A DNA stretch of 53,136 nucleotides from Campylobacterota bacterium (GCA_030836805.1 JAUPLS010000045.1:1-53136), one strand, 5' to 3'; counted from the stretch's first letter, positions 31,459-42,234 are shown. Made by a program: numbers and translations. Notes: generated from the sequence alone by a model not told the origin.

Positions 31459-31496
31459 TGAAATAATTTTAACATACTTTTAGTTGAATTTCTATA

Positions 31497-31513
31497 TGAT
31501 TAATAATTAAACA
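31497..31513. promoter_or_regulatory. 17-bp palindromic operator (TGATTAATAATTAAACA) overlapping the putative -10 of the regulator operon
   Basis: Same motif as upstream of both amt genes; overlaps TATGAT at 31495-31500. Confidence 0.6.
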
Positions 31514-31527
31514 ATAAAAAGAATATT

Positions 31528-32262
31528 ATGGAACAATTTTATACCAAATCCGAACAGATACAGAATATTATCAAAGGGCTTACTCTTACAAAGACGCTTT
31601 TTGTTTCTTCCATTATTATAGGGGAGGCACACACAGGAAAAAAAACATTGGTTCGCACTCTTTTTCCTGAAACAGTAGCCGTTTCCGGCAACAACCAAAA
31701 AGAAGTAGAGGCAGCACTCGAAGAGCACAATGAACTTATTATTACTGATTTTGAAAAACTAAACAATCAAAATGGACTTCAATTTGACAATAAACGTATC
31801 ATTGCTATAGCCAACCATCCGGGAAACAGGGAAACCATTGATAAACTTTTTGCATTTATCTACACGCTGCCCCCCCTGAGAGACAGGATGGAAGATGCCC
31901 GTTATATGAGGTCGCATTTTTTTCAAGAGGCCTGTTCTGTACTGATGGCAGACGAACATTCTTTCTCTTTAGAGAACATCACCATGGATCTTACCCATAA
32001 CAACCAAAGTCTTAAAAAATCCGTCTATGAGCAGGTCATATATCGCAACATGAAATCCAAAGAGATCGAAAAAGTTTTATACGCCTATCTTTTGGAACAT
32101 TTGGACGGGAACAACGCCTACAAAGAATATCTTGCGCTCTATGAAAAACCTCTTATTGAAGCAGGGCTGCAAAAATTCGGATCACAGCTTCAGCTTTCAC
32201 AAGTTTTGGGTATCAACAGAAATACTCTGAGGAAAAAAATATATGAATACCATATCAATTGA
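31528..32262 (+). CDS. Degenerate NtrC-like regulator: reduced AAA+ domain plus Fis-type HTH, no receiver domain
   Basis: IIIGEAHTGKKT (Walker A), RIIAIAN, YTLPPLRDRMED, EKPLIEAGL...LSQVLGINRNTLRKKI; no GAFTGA. Confidence 0.85.
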   Translation: MEQFYTKSEQIQNIIKGLTLTKTLFVSSIIIGEAHTGKKTLVRTLFPETVAVSGNNQKEVEAALEEHNELIITDFEKLNNQNGLQFDNKRIIAIANHPGNRETIDKLFAFIYTLPPLRDRMEDARYMRSHFFQEACSVLMADEHSFSLENITMDLTHNNQSLKKSVYEQVIYRNMKSKEIEKVLYAYLLEHLDGNNAYKEYLALYEKPLIEAGLQKFGSQLQLSQVLGINRNTLRKKIYEYHIN

Positions 32263-32944
32263 TTTTAAGTCTTTTGTCGAATGGGACAACAGCCCTTTCA
32301 TCCTTTTTAACCATCTTGGCAAAATACTTTATCTTAACAATGCGGCAGAGCTACTGTTTGGACATGTAACCCCCAAGGAAATTTACGATATCGCACTTTC
32401 CTACGCGCCCCAAAATTTTGGTTACAAAACTACGACTCTCTCATTAAACTATGATGCTTTTAGTTTTTACGCAATCACTGTGGGGTATGAGAATGAAGAA
32501 CAAATCGCTATAAGACTCTACAACAAACCGCGCATTAAGCAAAACATCATACTTCAAAAAGAAAAACTAATTACCACGGACATCAATATTTTACTGGAAG
32601 CCAATATCGCTCTTTTTAAAATAAAAAATAAAAATCATCTTGAACTCTTCACTGACCAGGATATACCCGCTTTCAAAATAGACCAAAACAACTTTTCAAA
32701 ACTTCTGAGAAAAGTACTGGACACCTTTAGGGTATCGGACTCTATTTTTATCGAGCTTAAACTTCTCATTGGTGAACATATCATCATAGCCGGCAAAAAA
32801 GAGTCTATCGTGCAGCTGAAAATAGAGGCAAACGAACGAGATCATGATGTCGATGAAGAGATAGCAGCCCTTACGAACAATACCCATATCGCATGCTCTC
32901 TCAAGAAACACAGCATCAGGCTTGATATACCATTAATTCATTAA
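32243..32944 (+). CDS. PAS-domain protein with degenerate HATPase-like C-terminus (NtrB-like pseudokinase)
   Basis: SPFILFNHLGKILYLNNAAELLFG PAS start; DQDIPAFKIDQNNFSKLL resembles the pre-N-box segment of histidine kinases; no H, N or G boxes; overlaps the regulator gene. Confidence 0.7.
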   Translation: MNTISIDFKSFVEWDNSPFILFNHLGKILYLNNAAELLFGHVTPKEIYDIALSYAPQNFGYKTTTLSLNYDAFSFYAITVGYENEEQIAIRLYNKPRIKQNIILQKEKLITTDINILLEANIALFKIKNKNHLELFTDQDIPAFKIDQNNFSKLLRKVLDTFRVSDSIFIELKLLIGEHIIIAGKKESIVQLKIEANERDHDVDEEIAALTNNTHIACSLKKHSIRLDIPLIH

Positions 32945-32982
32945 CACTTTTTTATATATAAACACTTCATTGTCTCTCTTTT

Positions 32983-33021
32983 TGATCAATACTTAACTAA
33001 ATATTGATTAAAAATTAATCA
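32983..33021. promoter_or_regulatory. Tandem 17-bp operator sites upstream of amtB
   Basis: Perfect TGATTAA-AAA-TTAATCA at 33005-33021 and degenerate TGATCAA-TAC-TTAACTA at 32983-32999, 22 bp apart; extended -10 TGtTAGTAT at 33050-33058. Confidence 0.7.
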
Positions 33022-33088
33022 CTTATTGCGCAAAAATAACTTTTATCTGTGTTAGTATTGTATGGTAAATCAATTTAAAGGACGACAC

Positions 33089-34396
33089 ATGAAGTTCAAA
33101 TTTTTATCTCTCTTTGCAGTACTTGTACCCATGGCTGCATTCGCGGAAGACAAACTAGATTCTGGAAACACAGCATGGATGATGATATCCACAGCGCTTG
33201 TTCTCCTTATGACGCCCGCCGGTTTAGCCCTGTTTTACAGCGGCATGACAAGGAGCAAAAACACGCTCAATACTTTTGCGATGGTTATGGGCGCCTTCGT
33301 TCTGGCGATGGTATTATGGATTTTTGCAGGATACTCTATCGCTTTTGGTGCTTCCCAAAATGCAACATTGCAAAATGCAGTCGGGGGACTGGGAAACATA
33401 ATGCTTGACGGCATCAAATGGACAGATTTAAGCGGATCCTATCCTACTTATATATTTGTTGTTTTTCAAGGCACATTTGCAGCCATTGCTGTCGCCATTG
33501 CCTCAGGATCCGTCATTGGGCGCATGAAGTTCTCTTCATGGCTTATTTTTGTAGCGCTTTGGGGCCTTATAGTGTATGCCCCGATTGCACACATGGTTTG
33601 GGGCGGAAAAGGAGCATTGCTTTTTGATGCAGGCGCGCTTGATTTTGCAGGAGGTACCGTTGTGCACATGAATGGCGGTTTGGCCGGTTTAGTGCTTGCT
33701 GTTTTAGTCGGGAAACGAACAGGCTACCTCAAAACAGCAATGAAACCCTATAGTGTTTTGCTGGCCGCGGTCGGTGCAGCGCTGCTTTGGTTCGGCTGGT
33801 ATGGATTTAATGGGGGTTCTGCATTTGGCGCCAATGCAATTGCGGGCTTGGCTGTACTCACTACAACTGCCGGGGCCGCCATTGGAGGCGCGGTATGGAT
33901 GCTTCTTGAATGGATTATTTTCAAAAAACCAACGCTTCTTGGCATTGCTTCCGGTATTGTAGCAGGCCTGGTTGCAATTACCCCTGCGGCCGGGTTCGTA
34001 AGTGTCGGCGGGGCATTCATTATTGGGGCATTTGGTTCGATCATTGCGTTTCTTGGAGTCGTATGGCTCAAAAAAAAGTTTGGGTACGATGATAGCCTCG
34101 ATGCTTTTGGTATCCACTTTTTGGCAGGCCTTTGGGGCGCTATAGCAACAGGTATCTTTGCGCTTGAAGACAAAAAACTTTTATGGGATGGGCCGCTCAA
34201 AGAAAGCGGCAACAGAATGGAACAGATTTTTGTACAATTTGAGTCGGTAGTGGCGGTGGGCCTCTTCACGCTTATCGGTACAGTCATCGTATATTTCATT
34301 GCTTCTGCTCTCACCGGAGGTGCACGCGTCGATACTCGAGTTGAGGAGATCGGACTGGATGAAACAATTCACGGTGAAAAAGCAATGAATTTATAA
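33089..34396 (+). CDS. amtB: Ammonium transporter AmtB
   Basis: Signal peptide, DFAGGTVVHMNGG, LLWFGWYGFNGGS, DDSLDAFGIH (both pore His); start at MKFK behind the AAGGA RBS. Confidence 0.97.
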   Translation: MKFKFLSLFAVLVPMAAFAEDKLDSGNTAWMMISTALVLLMTPAGLALFYSGMTRSKNTLNTFAMVMGAFVLAMVLWIFAGYSIAFGASQNATLQNAVGGLGNIMLDGIKWTDLSGSYPTYIFVVFQGTFAAIAVAIASGSVIGRMKFSSWLIFVALWGLIVYAPIAHMVWGGKGALLFDAGALDFAGGTVVHMNGGLAGLVLAVLVGKRTGYLKTAMKPYSVLLAAVGAALLWFGWYGFNGGSAFGANAIAGLAVLTTTAGAAIGGAVWMLLEWIIFKKPTLLGIASGIVAGLVAITPAAGFVSVGGAFIIGAFGSIIAFLGVVWLKKKFGYDDSLDAFGIHFLAGLWGAIATGIFALEDKKLLWDGPLKESGNRMEQIFVQFESVVAVGLFTLIGTVIVYFIASALTGGARVDTRVEEIGLDETIHGEKAMNL

Positions 34397-34507
34397 TCAT
34401 GCCATGAAGCAAGGCTTTTGCTCTGCTTTGTGATGCCGGCGGTAAATTAATTTCAGACGTGTTGGTTTGCGCAATCTGTTGCGTTTAAAATAATATTACA
34501 TCAATAA

Positions 34508-34864
<357 letters not shown>

Positions 34865-34919
34865 TGGTACCCATGGGCAAGAAACAATCTTGCCCGGATT
34901 ATCGCTATAGGTTCTTGGC

Positions 34920-34989
34920 TGATCATAAATTAATCAATATTTATAATATTCCTGCTCCTGCGTATCTTAAGATGATTAAATATGAAGCA
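34920..34989. promoter_or_regulatory. Two 17-bp operator sites upstream of the second amt gene
   Basis: TGATCATAAATTAATCA (34920-34936) and TGATTAAATATGAAGCA (34973-34989); extended -10 TGcTACACT at 35018-35026. Confidence 0.7.
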
Positions 34990-35054
34990 ATATACTCTTT
35001 TCATATTTTTCTATACTTGCTACACTTTCAAGATATAAACAGAAGGTTTGCAGC

Positions 35055-36224
35055 ATGGAAATACATTATGTCATAGATACTCTTTTTGCACTTTTTGCAA
35101 TGACTCTCATTGTCTTTATGGTACCGGGCTTTGCAATGCTGGAAGCAGGATTGGTCAGGACAAAAAACGTAACAGCAGTACTCACCGTCAACGTGATGAT
35201 CTATGCTGTTGCCTCTATGGCTTTTTTGCTCATAGGGTACGCTTATGCTTTTGGAGGATGGGGCCATCAAGACAGCATGAGCAAATGGGCATATTTTATG
35301 TTTCAGATGGCTTTTGTCGGAAAAACAATCAACATTATGAGCGGTGGCGTTAGTGAACGTTCACGCATCATGCCTTTAACACTCTTTACTCTTGTGATGG
35401 CAGCTTTTATTTATCCCACCATTGTAAACCTTGCATGGGGGGTCAATTTTCTCGACGGTACCATTCTTGATATTTCAAATATGTACGATCTGGCAGGCTC
35501 TACGGTGATTCATTCAACAGGAGGATGGGCACTTTTGGCGGCAATTTTGATTATGGGGGCCAGAAGGGGAAAATATAAAAATGGAAAAATCCAAGTTATT
35601 CCTGCTTCCAATATCCCGCTTGTAACGCTGGGCGGATTGCTTTTGTGGATAGGATGGTTTGGGTTTAATGGGGGAAGCGTGGGAGCTATTTCAAGCAAAG
35701 AGAATGCGGATGCCGTAGCACTCACTATCATGAATACCAATACCGCCGGACTTGCAGGCGCAATCATCTCATGGATACTGATGTATGTTCGTTATAAAAA
35801 ATTCGATATCACCATGATCATCAATGGCGCCCTTGGAGGCCTTGTTGCGGTTACGGCAGGGCCAAATCTCTATGGAATTTATACCCCTATTCTCATCGGT
35901 GGTATCGGGGGCGCACTGGTGGTGTTTGCCGTACCCGTCTTTGACAGGCTGCATCTGGATGATCCCGTAGGTGCGCTTTCGGTTCATTTGATAAACGGTA
36001 TTTGGGGTACGCTTGCTGTCGGTATCTTCACAGACAAATCGCTTTTGGCACAAATAAAAGGAATTTTTGTCGTAGGTTTGTTTGTTTTTGTGGTATCATT
36101 TATCACTATTTATGTCATCAATAAAATAATCAGACTTCGTGCAGACGATGAAGAGCAGCTAGAAGGTCTCGATGACAGTCAATGTGGAATGGATGCATAT
36201 CCGGAATTTAAACGCAGTATTTGA
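35055..36224 (+). CDS. amt: Second, divergent ammonium transporter (Amt family)
   Basis: MVPGFAMLEAG, DLAGSTVIHSTGG, LWIGWFGFNGGS, DDPVGALSVH; no signal peptide. Confidence 0.95.
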   Translation: MEIHYVIDTLFALFAMTLIVFMVPGFAMLEAGLVRTKNVTAVLTVNVMIYAVASMAFLLIGYAYAFGGWGHQDSMSKWAYFMFQMAFVGKTINIMSGGVSERSRIMPLTLFTLVMAAFIYPTIVNLAWGVNFLDGTILDISNMYDLAGSTVIHSTGGWALLAAILIMGARRGKYKNGKIQVIPASNIPLVTLGGLLLWIGWFGFNGGSVGAISSKENADAVALTIMNTNTAGLAGAIISWILMYVRYKKFDITMIINGALGGLVAVTAGPNLYGIYTPILIGGIGGALVVFAVPVFDRLHLDDPVGALSVHLINGIWGTLAVGIFTDKSLLAQIKGIFVVGLFVFVVSFITIYVINKIIRLRADDEEQLEGLDDSQCGMDAYPEFKRSI

Positions 36225-36231
36225 AAGGTAA

Positions 36232-36576
<345 letters not shown>

Positions 36577-36605
36577 GTTTTTTCCTCTTCTTTCCTTTTT
36601 TTATT

Positions 36606-37556
36606 TTAGGGTAATTGGCCCTGGATCGGTTTCACTTTTTGAGCAATAAATTCCGCAAATTTATCACTGTCATTCATACATACTGCAACGATATAATCCT
36701 CATATTTGATTTTTTCGGCAATCTTGCGGTTTTCGATATCAAGCTCAAAAACAGTCTCGGAATTGTCTATCGTAAATGCCAGAGGATAAATCACTACTTT
36801 TTTATTGGTTGGATTGCGCAAGGTATCGACCAGACTGGGCTCCAGCCAAGCCGAAGGACCCACCTTTGACTGGTAAACCAATTTAATCTCATGAAATTCA
36901 ATCCCCTTCGTTTTAAGATAAATCTTGATCGCACTCACATTGGCTTCTACTTGTCTTTGATAAGGATCGCCTGCTTCAATAATGCTCACAGGTAATCCGT
37001 GTGCAGAAAGAAGCAAATCATACGCTTTGCTCTCTTTGCCTTTCATGGCTTCAATAATTTTTTCACAACCGGCTTCTATGTAAGCATAATCATCATAATA
37101 AGGTTCCATAAGCGTCAATTTTGGTGCATAGCCTATCGCTTTGCATCTGTCTTGTATGTCTTCATAAGAAGAAAGGGTGGTGGTGGTAGAATATTGCGGA
37201 TAAAGTGGAAATAAAATAAGCTCTTCGATACCCTCGTGCTTGCATTTCTCAAGTGGCTCTGTCGCAAATGGCGGCACATAGCGCATTGCAGGATAAATCG
37301 GCATATCCAGTTTTGACCGTAATTTTTCGATTAACTTCATTGTTAACCCAAGCAAAGGAGACTTTCCCCCCAACGCTTTATAATTTTCTTCAGCCTCGTG
37401 CAGCCTTTTCTTAACAATAATCGTTCTAATAAGTTTGCGCACCAAAGGGTTTGTAGGTAAAATATTTTTATCCGAAAACATATTTTGCAAAAAAAGCTTC
37501 ACTTCAGGTATGTTGTTTGGACCTCCCATATTAAGAAGAAAGAGTGCTTGTTTCAT
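36606..37556 (-). CDS. hemH: Ferrochelatase
   Basis: LLNMGGP, GGKSPL, AMRY, PLYPQYS, SAHGLP, GDPY, YQSKVGP..WLEP, ETVFELDIE. Confidence 0.96.
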   Translation of the reverse strand: MKQALFLLNMGGPNNIPEVKLFLQNMFSDKNILPTNPLVRKLIRTIIVKKRLHEAEENYKALGGKSPLLGLTMKLIEKLRSKLDMPIYPAMRYVPPFATEPLEKCKHEGIEELILFPLYPQYSTTTTLSSYEDIQDRCKAIGYAPKLTLMEPYYDDYAYIEAGCEKIIEAMKGKESKAYDLLLSAHGLPVSIIEAGDPYQRQVEANVSAIKIYLKTKGIEFHEIKLVYQSKVGPSAWLEPSLVDTLRNPTNKKVVIYPLAFTIDNSETVFELDIENRKIAEKIKYEDYIVAVCMNDSDKFAEFIAQKVKPIQGQLP

Positions 37557-37614
37557 CTAGCTGTCCTTATAAAATCTATTGGTATAATATCACATTAAAG
37601 TAAAAGGGTTTATT

Positions 37615-38334
37615 ATGATTATTATTCCGGCTCGTATTGGATCCAGCCGTTTTCCAAACAAAGTATTGGCAGATATTGGCGGCATTCCCATGGTAGTACG
37701 CACGGCAATGGCTGTCGATGATATAGATAGCGTAATGATTGCTACTGATTCGCAGGAGGTTATCAGTATTGCAAAAAAACACGGCATTGATGCAGTGATG
37801 ACCTCCGAGCACCACCAAAGCGGTACGGATCGGATCTATGAAGCTGTGCAAAAACTTGATCTGCCTGACAATGAAATTATCATCAACGTGCAAGGAGATG
37901 AACCTTTTATAGAAACAAATGTAGTAGAAGCAATCCATCATTTGACAAAAAAGAATAAAGATGAAAAAAAGATCCTGATGAACTCATGCTATAAATGCAT
38001 TTCAAATCCTCAGGCCGATGATCCCAATATTGTCAAGGTAGTTACCGATAGAGACGATATTGCCCTTTATTTCTCAAGGGCCAAAATACCCTACCCCAGA
38101 GACCATCATTTTGATCACTACAAAGGGCATCTTGGCATCTATGGTTTTACAGTCAAATCACTAGAGATATTTTGTTCGCTCTCTCCTGCTCCTCTTGAAA
38201 ATATAGAAAAACTGGAACAGCTTCGCGCACTTTATCACGGCTATGAAATAGCCATGACAGAAGTACAAACCGAAAGTTTTGGCATAGACACACCGGAAGA
38301 TCTGGAAAGAGCTATCAAACACCATAGGCTTTGA
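37615..38334 (+). CDS. kdsB: 3-deoxy-manno-octulosonate cytidylyltransferase
   Basis: IIPARIGSSRFPNKVL, SGTDR, NVQGDEP, ALYFSR, EKLEQLRAL. Confidence 0.97.
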   Translation: MIIIPARIGSSRFPNKVLADIGGIPMVVRTAMAVDDIDSVMIATDSQEVISIAKKHGIDAVMTSEHHQSGTDRIYEAVQKLDLPDNEIIINVQGDEPFIETNVVEAIHHLTKKNKDEKKILMNSCYKCISNPQADDPNIVKVVTDRDDIALYFSRAKIPYPRDHHFDHYKGHLGIYGFTVKSLEIFCSLSPAPLENIEKLEQLRALYHGYEIAMTEVQTESFGIDTPEDLERAIKHHRL

Positions 38335-38420
38335 TGCCCCGCTCTCCAATGGGAACGGATTGTTTCGGCACGCCATCATAAAATAATTTTATAGCCTCCG
38401 AAAATAATTCCAATGGATTT

Positions 38421-39671
38421 TTAGCGGCCCTTGACTGCTTTTCCAAGATCCCACATAGGCATAAAAATCCCTAGCGCCATAAGCAATACCAATCCCGCGA
38501 TAAAGAAGAGCATAATCGGCTCAATATAGGTCGCAAGGTTATCAATCAATTCTTGAAATTGCATGTCGTAATATTGTGTTACTTTTTCTAACATGGCGTC
38601 AAGCTGACCTCCTGCTTCTCCTGCCCTAATCATCTGCAGCAACATATTTTCATAAAGGCCTGTTATTTCAAATGCTTCTGCAAGATTCATACCCCGGCCT
38701 ATATTTGCATTGACGGTAAGCAATTGCTCCTTGATTGCCAAATTATCAACCATACCCACTGCCGTGCTGAGTGCTTCAGAAACAGGGATACCTGCTTTTA
38801 CCAATTCACTAAATACAAGATTATATTTATGCATCGTGGAAAGAAAAATAGCTTTATTAATCAGATAGAAACGGGGGTGAATCATGATTTTGTCCACCCG
38901 ATATTTAAAATCCTCGTTATTGGTATAAAAATATTTTATAGCAACAAACATTACAATAAGCCCCACAAGCATATACAGCCCATAATGGCTAAAAGCATGC
39001 TCCAACATTAAAAGAATTTGCGTTGGCACGGGTAATTCTGCTTTAAATTTTGCAAATATATCTTTAAACTTTGGTACAACCACCATAATAAGTACAGTAA
39101 ATGCAATAGCCATTGCCGCCAAAGTAATCAAAGGAGTTCTGATGGCTTTTTTAAATTTGGCTGTATTGTTTCGTATGTTTTCTAAAATATTGGCGAGTTT
39201 ATGATAAGACTCCGAAACATTTCCTGTTCTTTCTCCAAGCTTTGTCATAGCAAGTGCAACATGGCCAAACTCATTTCGATAAGGCTCCATCGCATCTGAC
39301 ATACTGTTTCCGGCATTGATATCATTGTGAATATTTGCATAAATCTCTTTAAGCTGCATATTTTGCGTATTCTCTGCAACATCCTGCAGAGTATCAGTGA
39401 TTGCGATACCCGCATTGGTCATAACCGCTATTTGTCTTATCGTTGAAATTTTGTCATTGATCGGAATTTTAGTTTTGAATGATTTTTTAAGCCCTTGAAA
39501 AAAATTACTAAAAGTCTCTCCTGCCGGAGCAGAAGTCTCTTCAGATTTTATTACCAAAGTATATGGAAATTTTTGTTTAGCCAATTTGATTGCCAACATC
39601 TTATCTTTTGCCTTGATCAACTCTCGACGTTTTTTTCCTTTATCCATTATGGTTACATTAAAATATTTCAT
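38421..39671 (-). CDS. ctsF: T2SS/type IV pilus inner-membrane platform protein (GspF/PilC/MshG; CtsF-like)
   Basis: AGIAI, GERTG, GEAGGQLDAML, IEPIML, IFMPMWDL. Confidence 0.88.
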   Translation of the reverse strand: MKYFNVTIMDKGKKRRELIKAKDKMLAIKLAKQKFPYTLVIKSEETSAPAGETFSNFFQGLKKSFKTKIPINDKISTIRQIAVMTNAGIAITDTLQDVAENTQNMQLKEIYANIHNDINAGNSMSDAMEPYRNEFGHVALAMTKLGERTGNVSESYHKLANILENIRNNTAKFKKAIRTPLITLAAMAIAFTVLIMVVVPKFKDIFAKFKAELPVPTQILLMLEHAFSHYGLYMLVGLIVMFVAIKYFYTNNEDFKYRVDKIMIHPRFYLINKAIFLSTMHKYNLVFSELVKAGIPVSEALSTAVGMVDNLAIKEQLLTVNANIGRGMNLAEAFEITGLYENMLLQMIRAGEAGGQLDAMLEKVTQYYDMQFQELIDNLATYIEPIMLFFIAGLVLLMALGIFMPMWDLGKAVKGR

Positions 39672-41407
39672 TACAATTTCGCTACCCTATAAATTTCTTC
39701 TACAGTTGTCTTGCCCTCTAAGGCTTTGCGTATCCCATCTTCAAACATCGTAATAAATCCCTCTTTCATGGCTTGTCTTACCATCTCCTCTTTTGGGGCT
39801 GCCGCTGCAATCATTCTAGAAAACGTTTCGCTGATAGTTAACACTTCTGAAATCATTTCACGTCCCGCATAACCGCTGTGTCCGCACTCTTTGCATCCCG
39901 CACCTTTATAAAAAACAGGATTTGGAGGAAGATACTCTTGAATATTCCTCAAAAGAGCCTCAGGAAGCACTGTCTCTTCTTTGCAGTATTTGCATATTTT
40001 TCTTACAAGCCTTTGTGCTTGTATAGCTACCAGCGCTCCGCTTACCAGATAGGATTCTATACCCATATCCAAGATTCTTATCACAGCAGACAGAGCATCG
40101 TTTGTGTGCAAAGTAGAAAGGACCAGATGGCCCGTCAAAGCTGCTTGTATAGCAATACGCAGCGTTTCCTGATCGCGAATTTCCCCTATCATGATCTTGT
40201 CAGGATCTTGTCTAAGAATAGACCTTAAAATGTTGGCAAAAGTAAGCCCAATTGCAGGATGCACCTGAACCTGCTGAAGCCCGCCCATTTGGTATTCCAC
40301 CGGATCTTCAACGGTAATGATCTTATCTTTGATATCTTTGATGGCATTGAGTGCACCATAAAGGGTTGTGGTTTTACCAGAACCCGTTGGTCCCGTTACC
40401 AATATAATTCCGTAAGGAACCTTGATTGATTCAGAAAATCTATCATAACAGAATTTACTCATTCCCGCCTCTTCCAGGCGTATCATGGCTTTTGATTTAT
40501 CCAAAATTCTCAAAACGATCGATTCGCCATAAATAGTAGGCAAACTAGATACCCTGAAATCAAAATCTTTTTTAGCAATATTTGCTGAAAATCTACCATC
40601 TTGAGGTTTTCTTTTTTCCGCAATATCTAAATTTGAAAGTAATTTCATGCGTGAAGCAAGTGGATTAAAAATATCTTTATCGAACGTAAAACTTTGACGC
40701 AGCAGCCCATCTACACGCTCTCTAATGATGCAGTTTTTCTCACTTGCTTCAATATGAATGTCGCTTGCACCAATATATATTGCTGATTTAAGAATAATAT
40801 CAATCAATTTTAAAACAGCGGGGGATTCATCCTCTTCATTTGCAACCCCTTCTTGATTTAAGTCTTTGCGGATATCGGCGACCAAGCCCTTAATGCTCTC
40901 ATTGATCTCCAGGCGCTGCAAGTGTTTTTGTATCTGTTGGGGCTTGGCAATAGCGATACGTATGGGCTTTTTTGGAAAAAGACGCTGAATTGCATCTTGT
41001 GCTGCCATATCCAAAGGATCGTCAAATACAACCAACACATTCAATTCGCTTTCTTCTACGGGGATTGCATGAAATTTAAGCAGCTGCTTATAGGGTATTT
41101 TTGAGAATAGCTGCATATCTATTTCAATTTCATCCAAATCCATATATTCAACACGCAAAACGTTTGCAACTTCTTCAATAATGGGATCAATATCAATACC
41201 GTCTATCATCTCCAAATGGGACAACGCAATAGCGCCTTGTCTTATTTTTTTAACCAAAAATGTCTCTACACTCTGCAAATCAATCATTTTTTCATTAATA
41301 AGATTGGCGATAGAAATTTTTTTAGGAGGCCTGCTTTTTACCAATTCAGATATAGCATCTTTTGTAATCACGTTTTCAGCAAGCATCATTTCAATGATTT
41401 TTACCAT
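39671..41407 (-). CDS. ctsE: GspE/PilB family assembly ATPase (CtsE-like)
   Basis: ASDIHIE, PQDGR, TGPTGSGKTTTLY, TVEDPVEY, LRQDPD, TGHLVLSTLHTND, tetracysteine motif. Confidence 0.93.
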   Translation of the reverse strand: MVKIIEMMLAENVITKDAISELVKSRPPKKISIANLINEKMIDLQSVETFLVKKIRQGAIALSHLEMIDGIDIDPIIEEVANVLRVEYMDLDEIEIDMQLFSKIPYKQLLKFHAIPVEESELNVLVVFDDPLDMAAQDAIQRLFPKKPIRIAIAKPQQIQKHLQRLEINESIKGLVADIRKDLNQEGVANEEDESPAVLKLIDIILKSAIYIGASDIHIEASEKNCIIRERVDGLLRQSFTFDKDIFNPLASRMKLLSNLDIAEKRKPQDGRFSANIAKKDFDFRVSSLPTIYGESIVLRILDKSKAMIRLEEAGMSKFCYDRFSESIKVPYGIILVTGPTGSGKTTTLYGALNAIKDIKDKIITVEDPVEYQMGGLQQVQVHPAIGLTFANILRSILRQDPDKIMIGEIRDQETLRIAIQAALTGHLVLSTLHTNDALSAVIRILDMGIESYLVSGALVAIQAQRLVRKICKYCKEETVLPEALLRNIQEYLPPNPVFYKGAGCKECGHSGYAGREMISEVLTISETFSRMIAAAAPKEEMVRQAMKEGFITMFEDGIRKALEGKTTVEEIYRVAKL

Positions 41408-41475
41408 CTGGCACCTCCTTTGTATACGAACAATCTAATTATAATATAGTAAAACATTAAAAATGATTTTTTATT

Positions 41476-42234
41476 CTATAAAGAACCATTTTTAATTTGT
41501 TCCAGTAGTTTTTTGCCCTGTTTTGAGTCTGTCCTTTGTACATAAGCCGTTAAAATACGTATTGCTTCATTTTTCCGACCGAGCTTTAGTTTGGATTTGA
41601 CAAATATTATCCAAGATTCTTCAATGTTTTGATTCACTTTATTGGTTTGTAATGCCCAATATTCTGCTTTTTGATATTTCCCCTGATCGAAATAACTTTT
41701 TGCTAAAAAAAGCGCATCTTCCACATCGCGAGATTCATAAAAACGTTTTTCAACCTCTTGATATGCAGTGATACTTGTTGTTTCGATGATATTTAAATGT
41801 ACTTTTTGCTTCTGTATTTCCTTTTTGGGAGCAGGTTGACTTGTTTGTGCCTGAATGGGCACCACTTCTTCTTCAAGGACAGATACTTCCTGAGCGCTAT
41901 CATAAGGACCCGCCTCAGGCTCTGTTTCAAGCAGAGACGCCTCTTCTTTTTTTTCTTTGGGTGGATAAACCTCCAGCATGGTTAGCGGTCCATTGAGCAA
42001 GACAACACTCTGATTGTGTTCATTTTTAGCTACAGGTTGAACCTGGGCTTGAATTTCGGTTTTTGTTTTTGTCATTTCTTTTAAAGAACGAAAAAAACTA
42101 TCTTTATAATAAGGCAACGATACCGGCACAAGCACCGCAAAAAACAATGAAACAAAGATAAAAATATACCATGGCTTCATTTTTTTTCTTTTATATTTTT
42201 TCCACTCTTCTTCCAAAGGTTTAATATCATACAT
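41476..42234 (-). CDS. Membrane-anchored TPR-like transformation system protein (CtsX-like)
   Basis: N-terminal TM, low-complexity linker, ALFLAKSYF...AEYWALQTN...EESWIIF helical repeats; lies between ctsP-like and ctsE-like genes. Confidence 0.7.
   Translation of the reverse strand: MYDIKPLEEEWKKYKRKKMKPWYIFIFVSLFFAVLVPVSLPYYKDSFFRSLKEMTKTKTEIQAQVQPVAKNEHNQSVVLLNGPLTMLEVYPPKEKKEEASLLETEPEAGPYDSAQEVSVLEEEVVPIQAQTSQPAPKKEIQKQKVHLNIIETTSITAYQEVEKRFYESRDVEDALFLAKSYFDQGKYQKAEYWALQTNKVNQNIEESWIIFVKSKLKLGRKNEAIRILTAYVQRTDSKQGKKLLEQIKNGSL

Noticed and set aside
32945-33088. Sigma54 (-24/-12) promoter for amtB
   Set aside because: No TGGCAC-N5-TTGC match; the TTGC at 33026 lacks the -24 GG.
33748-34314. 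188-aa minus-strand ORF
   Set aside because: Shadow of amtB caused by Gly/Ala-rich codons.
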